NCBI GenBank assembly: GCA_963717935.1
Contig: CAVQXP010000004.1
Span: 2,048,001 to 2,112,000, forward strand
DNA length: 64,000 nt
Reading direction: 5' to 3'
Source: Candidatus Eiseniibacteriota bacterium
GTDB lineage: Bacteria; Eisenbacteria; RBG-16-71-46
Below are positions 26,873 to 36,015 of the stretch, in pieces (positions within the stretch are counted from its first letter, which is position 1; each line of letters starts with the position of its first letter). Below the pieces are notes generated by a model, which worked only from the letters and a program-made list of their open reading frames with translations, was not told the DNA's origin and ran no database searches. The position numbers and the translations under genes are program-made.

Positions 26873-27172
26873 ATGCAGGAAGAGGCTCTGGGCCTGATCG
26901 AGACGCGCGGCTTCGTCGCGATGGTCGAGGCATCCGACGCGATGGTGAAGGCTGCGCGGGTGCAGTTGGTGCACTACGAGAAGATCGGCGGCGGGTACGT
27001 GACCACGATCGTCCGCGGCGACGTGGCCGCGGTGCGCGCGGCCACCGAGGCCGGCTCGGCGGCGGCGGCCAAGGTGGGAGAGGTGGTCTCGGTCCACGTC
27101 ATCCCGCGCCCGCACGCGATGCTCGAGGACGTGCTGCCCATCCGGCGGCCCGAGAGCAGCGGCAAGAAGTAG
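26873..27172 (+). CDS. BMC hexamer shell protein (BMC-H, EutM/PduA-like)
   Basis: [62 protein letters not shown]. Confidence 0.97.
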   Translation: MQEEALGLIETRGFVAMVEASDAMVKAARVQLVHYEKIGGGYVTTIVRGDVAAVRAATEAGSAAAAKVGEVVSVHVIPRPHAMLEDVLPIRRPESSGKK

Positions 27173-27174
27173 CG

Positions 27175-27480
27175 ATGATCCTGGCGCGCGTGCAGGGCAC
27201 CGTGGTCTCGACGCGCAAGGACCACGGGTTGCTGGGCCTGAAGCTCCTTCTCGTCCGCGAGGTGGACGGGCAGTTCAAGCCCGCCGGCAGCCATGTCGTG
27301 GCCGCCGACGCGGTGGGCGCGGGTGAGGGCGAGATCGTCATGGTCGCCGCGGGCTCCTCGGCGCGCCTCACCGAGGTCTCCCGCGACAAGCCGGTGGATG
27401 CGGTCATCGTCGGGATCGTGGATGCCGTCGAGGTGGCCGGGAAGGACGTCTACCTCAAGAGCTCCGGCGTGGCGGGCTGA
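27175..27480 (+). CDS. BMC pentamer vertex protein (EutN/CcmL family)
   Basis: MILARVQGTVVSTRK..VAADAVGAGEGE..GSSAR..PVDAVIVGIVD. Confidence 0.96.
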   Translation: MILARVQGTVVSTRKDHGLLGLKLLLVREVDGQFKPAGSHVVAADAVGAGEGEIVMVAAGSSARLTEVSRDKPVDAVIVGIVDAVEVAGKDVYLKSSGVAG

Positions 27481-27490
27481 GGCGCTTCCC

Positions 27491-28928
27491 ATGGCGCTCG
27501 ACGAGCAGCGGATCGCCTCCATCGTGACCGAGGTGCTGGAGCGCCTCGAATCCGGGCAGCAGGCGTCCGGCGGGCCTGCGCCGGCGGGAGGGCGGGGCGC
27601 GCTGCTGGGCGTGCATCCCGACCTCGACCGCGCGGTGGACGCCGCGCGCGCGGCCTTCACGGCCTACGACCGGACCCCGCTCGAGACCCGCCGCCGCATC
27701 ATCGCCGCAGCGCGCGAGGCGCTCTCCTCCCAGTACGAGACGCTGGCCGCCCTGGCGGTCGAGGAGAGCGGCCTGGGACGGGTCGAGGACAAGATCCAGA
27801 AGAACCGCCTGGTCACCGAGCGCACGCCGGGGACCGAGGACCTCGAGCCCGTCACCTGGACCGGCGACCACGGCCTGACGCTGATGGAGCGGGCACCCTA
27901 CGGCGTGATCGCCGTCATCACGCCCGTCACGAATCCCAGCGAGACCATCATCAACAATGGCCTTTCGATGATCGCGGGCGGCAATACCGCGGTCTTCTGC
28001 CCGCACCCGTCCGCCCGCAAGGTCTCGATGCCTCACGATCGACCTGATCAATCGAGCGGCCCTGAGCGCGGGGGCCCCGTTGCCGCTGCTGCACACGGTG
28101 GAGCAGCCCAGCATCGAGGTCGCGAAGGCGCTGCTCAACTACCAGGGCATCCGCCTGAACGTCGTGACCGGGGGGCCCGGGGTGGTCAAGGAGGCGCTCG
28201 CGGCCGGCAAGAAGGCCATCACCGCCGGGCCCGGCAACCCGCCCGCCGTGGTGGACGAGACCGCCGACCTCGAGCGGGCTGCGCGCGATCTCGTGGCCGG
28301 GGCGTCCTTCGACAACAACATCATCTGCACCGACGAGAAGGAGGTCGTGGCGGTCGCGCTGATCGCGGACGGGCTCAAGGAGGCGTTCGCGCGCGCCGGG
28401 GCGGTCGTACTGCCGCCGCACCAGACCGAGAAGCTGCGACGGCTGCTGCTCGAGAAGGAGCACGGTCCGCGCCACCACGCCGAGATCAACCGCCGCTACG
28501 TCGGCAAGGACGCGGGGCTCATCCTGCGCGACGCGGGGATCCCGTGCGACCCTCGCGCCCGCCTGGCCGTGTGCGAGGTGGAGGCGGACCATCCCTTCCT
28601 CTGGACCGAGATGATGATGCCCGTCCTGCCTCTGACGCGCGCGCGAACCGTCGACGAGGCCATCGAATTCGCCCTGCTCGTGGAGCAGGGCTATCGCCAC
28701 ACCGCCTCCATGCACTCGCGCAACATCGAAAAGCTCTCGAAGATGGCGCGGCAGTGCGATTGCTCGATCTTCGTGAAGAACGGCCCCAACTACGCCGGCC
28801 TCGGCTTCGGCGGTGAGGGGCCCACGAGCTTCACGATCGCGAGTCCCACGGGAGAGGGCATGACCACCGCACGCAGCTTCACCCGGGTGCGCCGCTGCAC
28901 CCTGGTGGACCATTTCCGGATCGTCTGA
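27491..28928 (+). CDS. Acylating aldehyde dehydrogenase (EutE/PduP family) with N-terminal encapsulation peptide; one frameshift near 28030
   Basis: ESGLGRVEDKIQKN, TPGTEDL, PVTNPSET, TGGPGVV, AGPGNPP, catalytic SFDNNIICTDEK, HTASMHS, FVKNGP, PTGEG. Confidence 0.93.
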
Positions 28929-29476
28929 TGCACGTCGCCATCGCCGCCGTCGAGACCAGCAGCATCGCCCAGGGAACGGTCGCGGCTGACGCCATCCTGA
29001 AGACCGCCGAAGTGGAGATCCTCGAGCTCGGGCCGCTCTCGCCGGGGAAGTTCTGGATCCTGATCGGCGGGGAGGTCGCGACCGTCCGGGCCTCCTTCCA
29101 ACGCGGCCTCGAGGTCGCGGGCGAGACCCTGCTCGACTCGCTCTTCATCCCGCAGCTCCACGAGCTGGTGATCCCGGCCCTGAGGGGCACGTGTCCACCC
29201 CGGGACCATGACGCCCTGGGCGTCATCGAGACCCTGACGGCCGCCTCCGCCATCGTCGCGGCCGACCGTGCCGCCAAGGCGGCCGAGGTCGTGCTGCGCG
29301 ACCTCAGACTCTCGAACGGCCTCGGAGGCAAGGGCGTGCTGTGGTTGAGCGGGGCGGTGGGCGACGTCCAGGCCGCCGTCGAGGCCGGGCGGGCGGAGGC
29401 GCTCCAGAAGGGCCTGCTGGCCCGCTCGGTCGTGATCCCCAGGCTGCATCCGCAGCTGAAGGCGAGGCTCTTCTAG
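28928..29476 (+). CDS. BMC trimer shell protein (PduT-like tandem BMC domain)
   Basis: ETSSIAQGTVAADAILK..SPGKF; second domain ALGVIET..AADRAAKAA..GLGGKG..VIPRLHP. Confidence 0.93.
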   Translation: MHVAIAAVETSSIAQGTVAADAILKTAEVEILELGPLSPGKFWILIGGEVATVRASFQRGLEVAGETLLDSLFIPQLHELVIPALRGTCPPRDHDALGVIETLTAASAIVAADRAAKAAEVVLRDLRLSNGLGGKGVLWLSGAVGDVQAAVEAGRAEALQKGLLARSVVIPRLHPQLKARLF

Positions 29477-29766
29477 TGTTCTTCGCGCGCGTCGTCGGGA
29501 CCGTGGTCTGCTCGACGCGCGTCCCCGCCTGGACCGGCCAGCGCACGCTGCTGCTGCAGCCCACCGATCCCGAGGGCAATGACCAGGGCCGCTGGGTGGT
29601 GGCGGTGGACCTGGTGTCCGCGGCGCAGGGCCAGCGGGTCTTCTACGTTCGCGGACGCGAGGCCGCGAACGCACTCGCGGACCCGGACAACCCGGCCGAC
29701 GCCGCCATCGTGGGCATCGTGGACGAGGTCCGGGCGCGCGCCTGGACCACCCCCGGAGATGCTTGA
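29476..29766 (+). CDS. BMC pentamer protein (EutN/CcmL family) 2
   Basis: GTG overlapping upstream TAG; MFFARVVGTVVCST..VAVDLVSA..GREAA..PADAAIVGIVD. Confidence 0.92.
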   Translation: MFFARVVGTVVCSTRVPAWTGQRTLLLQPTDPEGNDQGRWVVAVDLVSAAQGQRVFYVRGREAANALADPDNPADAAIVGIVDEVRARAWTTPGDA

Positions 29767-30047
29767 TGTTCCTGGCCCGCGTGATCGGTGACGTGGTGGC
29801 CACCATCAAGCACGACCACCTTGCGGGGCAGAAGCTGCTCCTGGTCCAGCCGGTCACGCCCGCGGACGCACCCACGGGCAAGCCGGTCATCGCCGTGGAC
29901 GCGGCGGACTCCGGTCCGGGCGACCTGGTGCTGGTCGCCGATGAAGGAAACATGGCCGCCCAGGTGCTGCGGCGCTCGCGCGGGCCGATCCGGACGGTGA
30001 TCGTGGGGGTGGTGGACAGGGTGGAGGTCGGGGACACGGCCGGGTAG
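29766..30047 (+). CDS. BMC pentamer protein (EutN/CcmL family) 3
   Basis: MFLARVIGDVVATIKH..IAVDAADSGPGDLVLVADEG..PIRTVIVGVVD. Confidence 0.94.
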   Translation: MFLARVIGDVVATIKHDHLAGQKLLLVQPVTPADAPTGKPVIAVDAADSGPGDLVLVADEGNMAAQVLRRSRGPIRTVIVGVVDRVEVGDTAG

Positions 30048-30139
30048 GTCCGGGGGTCCCCGGGCCGTCCGGCGAGGAAAGGGCTGCGCAAATCGCCCTG
30101 TTAGTGTAGATTACGCGCGTCCGGCGCCGAGAGGCGAGC

Positions 30140-30346
30140 GTGCCGATCCACGAACTCCGCTGGAGGGCATGCGCGCATCGCTGCAAGGCTCTGCTGAAGC
30201 GCAGGGACGAGGCCGCCCCGAAGTGTCCGAAGTGCGGGGCGTCGCAGTCGGAGAAGTCGCTGTCCGCGTTCGTCATGACCGGAGGGGGCCGCCAGGCCTC
30301 GCCGGTGGTGTGCGCTTCTGCGGACCGCGCATGTCGCAGACACTAG
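30140..30346 (+). CDS. FmdB-like zinc-ribbon protein (degenerate or error-containing)
   Basis: MPIHE..ACAH..CPKCG..EKSLSAF resembles MPIYEYxCxxC..CPxCG; first Cys read as Trp. Confidence 0.6.
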   Translation: MPIHELRWRACAHRCKALLKRRDEAAPKCPKCGASQSEKSLSAFVMTGGGRQASPVVCASADRACRRH

Positions 30347-30428
30347 CCGCCGGGAGAAGTGGCGCCCGGCGGGCAGGGAACCTGTCGACCCCGGTCGATG
30401 GGACGGGCAGGCACACGGAGGACCAGCC

Positions 30429-30737
30429 ATGACCAAGGCGGACCTGGTGGAAGAGATCGCGGCGCAGACCGGGATCTCGCGCAACCAAACCGCGGTCATC
30501 GTGGATCAACTGCTGGACGCGATGTCCCGGGCACTGAGCGAGGGCAGGCATCTCGAGATCCGTGGCTTCGGCACGTTCAAGGTGCGCGAGCGCCGCGCGC
30601 GGCGGGCCCGGAACCCACGCAGCGGCTCCGAGGTCATGGTACCCGCGAAGCTCGTGCCGGTGTTCAAGCCGAGCAAGGAGCTCAAGGCCGTGGTGCTGGG
30701 AGAGGTCGCCGAAGTCGCCGAGCCCGTACTGAGCTGA
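30429..30737 (+). CDS. HU/IHF family DNA-binding protein
   Basis: GGAGGA RBS; MTKADLV, EIRGFGTFKV, ARNPRSG, PVFKPSKELK. Confidence 0.95.
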   Translation: MTKADLVEEIAAQTGISRNQTAVIVDQLLDAMSRALSEGRHLEIRGFGTFKVRERRARRARNPRSGSEVMVPAKLVPVFKPSKELKAVVLGEVAEVAEPVLS

Positions 30738-30786
30738 ATGACGCCGATCGCGGAATGCCATCGGGCAAGGGCATGGAGGATGAGGA

Positions 30787-30882
30787 ATGGGGTCAGGCAA
30801 GAAGCGCAAGCGTAAGAAGATCGCAACGCACAAGCGCAAGAAGCGGCTTCGCAAGAACCGGCACAAGAAGCGGATCCGTTAG
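30787..30882 (+). CDS. Small basic ribosomal protein bS22-like (AURKAIP1/COX24 domain), 31 aa
   Basis: GGAGG RBS at 30775; MGSGKKRKRKKIATHKRKKRLRKNRHKKRIR*; below the ORF-track length cutoff. Confidence 0.88.
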   Translation: MGSGKKRKRKKIATHKRKKRLRKNRHKKRIR

Positions 30883-30925
30883 CCCCGCGGAGTCGCCCGC
30901 CAGACGCCTGATCGGCCGCGCGTAT

Positions 30926-32653
30926 GTGACGCGCGGCCGCTGGGTGTTCGACCCGGCACGGCGCTGGCGGGGGGGCCGCAGGGAGTTGGTGTGGCGCGGC
31001 GAGCACGAGCCGCTCGACGGCGACTGGTGCATCGCGGAGGTACCCGACGAGGGCCCGGCTTCCCTTGTCGAGGTCCTCGGGGCGGATGACCGTCCGGAGT
31101 GGGACGACGCGGGTGTCGCCTCGCAGTTCCGGCTGCGCACCCGGTTCCCTGGGGCCGTCGAGCGTGAGGTGCTGGGGCATCGCGAGCCCGGCGCCCGCGA
31201 GCGTCACGGGCGGCTCGACCTGCGTGAAGAACTGGTCTTCACGATCGATCCCGAGGACGCGCGTGACCACGACGACGCTCTCTCGGTTCGTCCGCTGGGG
31301 GAGGGCCGCTTCCTGATCGGCATCCACATCGCCGACGTCTCCCACTACGTGACCCCGGGCTCGGCCGTCGACCACGAGGCCCGGGCGCGGGGCACGAGTT
31401 GTTACCTGCCCGGCGGGGTCGTCCCGATGCTCCCCGAGGCCCTCTCAGGCGACCTGTGCTCACTGCGCCCGGACCGCGACCGGCTCGCCCTGTCGGCCCT
31501 CGCCGAAGTCGACCTGGAAGGACGCCTCCTCGGCTGCAGGTTTGCCGAAACCGTGGTGCGCAGCCGCCACCGGCTGCACTACGGCGAGGTCCAGGCGGCG
31601 CTCGACCACCGGGAGGCCGCGGACCCACCCCTCCAGCAGGCGCTGCGGACGCTCCTTCAACTCGCCCGGGCGCTGCGACGCCGGCGCGTCGCGGCAGGGA
31701 CCCTCGAACTGGACGTGCCCGAGGTCAAGGCCTGGGTGGATGAGCGCGGAGCACCCTGGAAGGTCGAGCGCCGCCCCCACTTCGAGAGCCACGAGCTGGT
31801 CGAGGAGTTCATGCTCCTCGCCAACCGCTGCGTCGGGCAGGAGGGCGCCAGACGTAAGGCTGGGCTCCTCTACCGTGTGCACGAGCCGCCCTCGCCGCTG
31901 AAGCTGGAAGCGCTGGACTCGATGCTCGGGACGCTGGGCCTGCCCCGCCTCGCCGTCCCCGGACCCGGGCGACGCGCCGGCGCGTTCACCGACCCGGCCA
32001 AGCCCCTGCAGGCCCTGCTGCGCGCCTCGCTCGACCCTCCGCGGCGCCGGCTCCTGCACCGGCTGGTGCTCCGCTCGCTGCCGCGCGCGCGCTACCTCGA
32101 GCGGGACCTTGGCCACTTCGGGCTGGCGGCCCGCGACTACTGCCACTTCACCTCGCCCATCCGGCGATACCCCGACCTTCACAACCACCGTCGCGTGCGC
32201 GAGTGGATCCAGTCCCGGCCCGACCAGGCCTGGGATCCGGTCGCACTCGAAGCACTCGCCCAGGGCTGCAGCGCCACGGAGCAGGCCGCCACCGACGCCG
32301 AGCGCGAGGCCACGCGCGTCAAGGGCCTCCGCTTCATCGAGGGGCGACTTGGGGACCGGGGTTCGGGTATAGTGACCGGCCTGGTGCCTCAGGGGTTCTT
32401 CGTCGAGTTGGACGATGTCCCCGTGGAAGGTTTCGTGCGTGTGTCGCTGTACCTCGAGGACCAGTTCACGCTCGATCGGACCGGGGTCCGCATGGTGGGA
32501 CGCCGGACGCGACGTCGCTTCTCTCTCGGCGACGCCGTCCAGGTCATCATCGCCCGGGTGGACGTACCGGCGCGCGAGTGCGACCTCGCGCTGGAAGAGC
32601 CGAGACGGCGCGGTGCGCGCAAGCGGGGCCGCAGCCGCGGTGGGAGGATTTGA
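30926..32653 (+). CDS. rnr: Ribonuclease R / RNase II family exoribonuclease (start uncertain)
   Basis: FTIDPEDARDHDDALS, HIADVSHYV, RGTSCYLP, LVEEFMLLAN, YRVH, HFGLA..YCHFTSPIRRYPDL, C-terminal S1 domain. Confidence 0.9.
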   Translation: MTRGRWVFDPARRWRGGRRELVWRGEHEPLDGDWCIAEVPDEGPASLVEVLGADDRPEWDDAGVASQFRLRTRFPGAVEREVLGHREPGARERHGRLDLREELVFTIDPEDARDHDDALSVRPLGEGRFLIGIHIADVSHYVTPGSAVDHEARARGTSCYLPGGVVPMLPEALSGDLCSLRPDRDRLALSALAEVDLEGRLLGCRFAETVVRSRHRLHYGEVQAALDHREAADPPLQQALRTLLQLARALRRRRVAAGTLELDVPEVKAWVDERGAPWKVERRPHFESHELVEEFMLLANRCVGQEGARRKAGLLYRVHEPPSPLKLEALDSMLGTLGLPRLAVPGPGRRAGAFTDPAKPLQALLRASLDPPRRRLLHRLVLRSLPRARYLERDLGHFGLAARDYCHFTSPIRRYPDLHNHRRVREWIQSRPDQAWDPVALEALAQGCSATEQAATDAEREATRVKGLRFIEGRLGDRGSGIVTGLVPQGFFVELDDVPVEGFVRVSLYLEDQFTLDRTGVRMVGRRTRRRFSLGDAVQVIIARVDVPARECDLALEEPRRRGARKRGRSRGGRI

Positions 32654-33189
32654 TGCCGCAGAAGCGCAGGACCCGCAGGAGAGAGCGGCGCGCGACAGCG
32701 CGCGTGGACGCCCGCCTCAGCATGAGACTCAAGGGCGCGCGCGCGGACGGCGACCTCACGCAGGTCGTGACGGAAAGCCAGAACATCTCCGCGAGCGGGG
32801 TCTATTGCCTCTCGCCGCATTACCTCGCCCCACTTTCGAAGGTGAACCTGGCCATCGTGCTGCCGCGCCTGCCGGGAGGCCGCGGCACCAAGGACATCAT
32901 CAGCTGCGAGGGCATCGTGGTGCGCTGCGACGCCTGCGTCCGCCGGACCGAGGGCCAGTATCAGTTGGCCTGCATGTTCACCGAGCTCGATTCGCAGCGC
33001 CGCCAGCGCATCGAGGAGTTCGTGACCTGGCGGAACCTGCAGGCGCTGCGCGCCGCGACCGGCGGCAGCGGCAGGACGGCCGCGCGCGCCCGCGTCGCGG
33101 CCACGAAGGCCACGAAGACCACGGCGGCCCGCAGTGCCCGCGCGGGCGTCCGGCGCGCGGCCCCCGGCCGGCGCGAGACCACTCACTGA
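32653..33189 (+). CDS. PilZ domain protein
   Basis: ERRATAR (RxxxR) and NISASG (D/NxSxxG) motifs, then GIVVR; TGATG overlap. Confidence 0.8.
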   Translation: MPQKRRTRRRERRATARVDARLSMRLKGARADGDLTQVVTESQNISASGVYCLSPHYLAPLSKVNLAIVLPRLPGGRGTKDIISCEGIVVRCDACVRRTEGQYQLACMFTELDSQRRQRIEEFVTWRNLQALRAATGGSGRTAARARVAATKATKTTAARSARAGVRRAAPGRRETTH

Positions 33190-33224
33190 GCGGGCCCGCC
33201 CCGCGGGCTCCCTCGCAGACGACC

Positions 33225-34568
33225 TTGTCCCCGACGAGCCACCTCATCGTCAGTCCGGGTCCGCCGCTGGCGGGTCACGTGCGGCCTCCCGGTGACAAGT
33301 CCATCACACATCGGGCCTACCTCCTTGCCCTGCTGGCCGAAGGGGACACGCTGGTCCGGAGCCCGAATCCCGGCGACGACTGCCGTGCCACGCTCCGCTG
33401 CGTCGAATCGCTGGGCGCCGGCGTGCAGGCGGGGGAGGACGCCGTGCGAGTGCACGGCACCGGCGGGCGGCTGCGGAGGCCGGACGGGGTCCTGGATTGC
33501 GGCAACTCGGGCACCACGCTGCGGCTGCTCGCGGGCGTGCTGGCGGCGCAGCCGTTCGAGGCCACGCTCACGGGAGACGCGTCGCTCCGCCGCCGCCCCG
33601 TGCACCGGCTGATCGCGCCGCTGCGCCAGATGGGCGCTTCGCTCCGCGCGCAGGATGGCGATCGCCATCCACCCTTGATCGTGTGCGGCGGCCGCCTGCG
33701 GGGGCTCACGCTCGCCGAACCGACACCGAGCGCCCAGGTCGCCAGCGCACTCCTGCTCGCCGGCGTGCAGGCTCACGGCGCGACCACGGTCCTGACGTCC
33801 CGCGGGGTGCGCGATCACATCGTGGGCATGCTGGGCGACTTCGGGGCCCCGGTCGAAGCGCAGCGGACGGACGGCAGCCCCATGCGGATCTCCGTGGAGG
33901 GACCGGCACGCCTGCGAGGCTGCTCCGTGAGCGTGCCCGGGGACTTCTCCGCGGCGGCGTTCTTCTTCGCGGCAGCCGCCGCCTGTCCGGGCGCCCGGGT
34001 CAGCGCGGCCGGTGTGGGGCTGAACCCGTCGCGCATCGGGCTGCTGGACCGGCTGTCGCAGATGGGGGCGGGCGTGCAGGTGGCCTCCGTCTGCACCGCG
34101 AACTCGGAGCCCGTGGGGGACGTCACCGTGACGGGCGCGGACGTGTTGCGTCCCGGCGACATCCCGCCCGCGCAGGTGATAGGACTCCTCGACGAGATCC
34201 CGGCCTGGGCCGTCGCGGCGAGCGCGGCCCCCGGCACCTCGCGGCTGCGCGGCGCCGCCGAACTGCGGGACAAGGAGAGCGACCGGCTCCGCGCGCTGGC
34301 CGAGGGACTGCGCAGCCTCGGCGTGCAGGTCGAGGAGACCCCGGACGGGCTCGACATCCACGGCGGCCCCGTGACCGGAGGTACGGTGCGCTCCCACGGC
34401 GATCACCGCATCGCCATGGCCTTCGCGGTGATCGGCACCCGCGCCACGGGTCCGGTCACCGTGGATGAGGCCTCCTCCATCGCCACGTCGTATCCGGGGT
34501 TCGCCGATGACCTACGCTCGCTGGGCGGCCGGGTCGACGGGACCTGGTTCCGCCGGGAGGAGACATGA
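33225..34568 (+). CDS. aroA: 3-phosphoshikimate 1-carboxyvinyltransferase (start uncertain)
   Basis: PGDKSITHR, DCGNSGTTLR, LTGDASLRRRP, SAQV, VPGDFS, ELRDKESDR, GDHRIAM. Confidence 0.93.
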   Translation: MSPTSHLIVSPGPPLAGHVRPPGDKSITHRAYLLALLAEGDTLVRSPNPGDDCRATLRCVESLGAGVQAGEDAVRVHGTGGRLRRPDGVLDCGNSGTTLRLLAGVLAAQPFEATLTGDASLRRRPVHRLIAPLRQMGASLRAQDGDRHPPLIVCGGRLRGLTLAEPTPSAQVASALLLAGVQAHGATTVLTSRGVRDHIVGMLGDFGAPVEAQRTDGSPMRISVEGPARLRGCSVSVPGDFSAAAFFFAAAAACPGARVSAAGVGLNPSRIGLLDRLSQMGAGVQVASVCTANSEPVGDVTVTGADVLRPGDIPPAQVIGLLDEIPAWAVAASAAPGTSRLRGAAELRDKESDRLRALAEGLRSLGVQVEETPDGLDIHGGPVTGGTVRSHGDHRIAMAFAVIGTRATGPVTVDEASSIATSYPGFADDLRSLGGRVDGTWFRREET

Positions 34569-35319
34569 GGTTCGTCGTCACGATCGACGGTCCATCGGCC
34601 GCCGGCAAGAGCACGGTCGCACGCGAGGTGGCGGTGCGTCTGGGGCTCCTGTACGTGGACACCGGCGCCCTGTACCGGGCGCTCGCGCTGAAGCTCCGGC
34701 GGCAGGGCGGCTCTCCGGACCAGGCGGACCAGGTGGAGCGGATGCTGGCGGACACGGTCCTCGACCTCTCGGGCTCGCCCGAGCAGCCACACGTCTGGCT
34801 GGACGGCGAGGACGTGAGCGGGCTGATTCGCACCCCGGAGGTGAGCGAGCTCTCCTCGCGGCTGGCCGCGCTGCCGACGGTGAGGCGACGGCTCGTCCAG
34901 ATCCAGCGGGCCCTGCGCGAGCGCGGCCCCCTGGTGGGCGAGGGGACGGGATCTCGGAACCGTGGTGTTCCCGGACGCCGAGGTGAAGATCTACCTCGAC
35001 GCCGACGCGCTCACCCGGGCCGGGCGCCGGGCCCGGGAACTCGAGCAGCGGGGACTGCCCGTCGCGCTCGAGCAGGTGCTGGCGGAGATCGAGCGCCGCG
35101 ACCAGCGCGACCGCACGCGCGCGGACAGCCCCCTGCGGCCGGCCGCGGGCGCGACCGTCATCGAGAGCAGCGGCAAGGACGTCGAAGCGGTGGTCCAGGA
35201 GGTCCTGCGGGTCGTGCTGGCCGGGCCTGGCTGCCCGCCGATGGCGCCCCGGTCAGGGACCTCCACGCGGCGCCCGCCGGGCGGCCCGACGGCCGCCCGG
35301 GCCCGGCCGGGCCGATTAG
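34565..35319 (+). CDS. cmk: Cytidylate kinase (frameshift near 34945; 3' end ambiguous)
   Basis: TIDGPSAAGKST, YVDTGALYR, VFPDAEVKIYLDA, RRDQRDRTRADSPL. Confidence 0.9.
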
Positions 35320-35327
35320 GAGTTTTC

Positions 35328-35975
35328 TTGTGCTGGCATTATAGTCTCGCAAAGGCTGTCGTCGGTGTCGCGTTGCGCGCGGCGACCGGGTGGGAAGTGA
35401 GGGGGCGCGAGCAGATCCCGCGGTCCGGGGGGCTGGTCGTGGCCTCGAACCACATCTCCTTCTGGGACCCTCCGCTGATCGGCGCCGTCCTCCCCAGGGA
35501 AGTGCATTTCCTCGCCAAGGAAGAGCTGTTCTCGAATCCGGTCTTCGGCGCGCTGATCCGGAGCTACAACGCGATCCCGATCCGCCGCGGCATGGTGGAC
35601 CTGAGCGGGATGGCCCGGGCGGTCGAGACGCTGCGCCGGGGCGAGGCGATGATGATGTTCCCGGAGGGGACCCGCATGCGGGACGGCAGGCTGCACCCGG
35701 CGCGGCCCGGGGTCGGCATGATGGCGGTGAACGCCGACGTGCCGATCGTGCCGTGCTACATCTCCGGCAGCAGCCGGCCTGGCCGGTGGCTGACGCGGAA
35801 GTCCAGGGTCCGTATCTCGTTCGGACCCGCTTGGAAGTGGCAGGAACTGGCCGGACCTGGGGCGGACCTCACGCCGGGACGCGCTCTCTACCAGCAGGTG
35901 GGGGACGCGGTCATGCGGGAGATCGCCCGCCTGAAGGCCGACCAGGAACCCATGGCATCACGCGGGGTGGTTTGA
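35328..35975 (+). CDS. plsC: 1-acyl-sn-glycerol-3-phosphate acyltransferase
   Basis: AGGAG RBS then TTG; NHISFWD (HX4D), FLAKEELF, FPEGTR. Confidence 0.88.
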   Translation: MCWHYSLAKAVVGVALRAATGWEVRGREQIPRSGGLVVASNHISFWDPPLIGAVLPREVHFLAKEELFSNPVFGALIRSYNAIPIRRGMVDLSGMARAVETLRRGEAMMMFPEGTRMRDGRLHPARPGVGMMAVNADVPIVPCYISGSSRPGRWLTRKSRVRISFGPAWKWQELAGPGADLTPGRALYQQVGDAVMREIARLKADQEPMASRGVV

Positions 35976-36015
35976 ACCGCCCCCTATCTTAATGTTCAAG
36001 GAGGTTCTCATTTCC

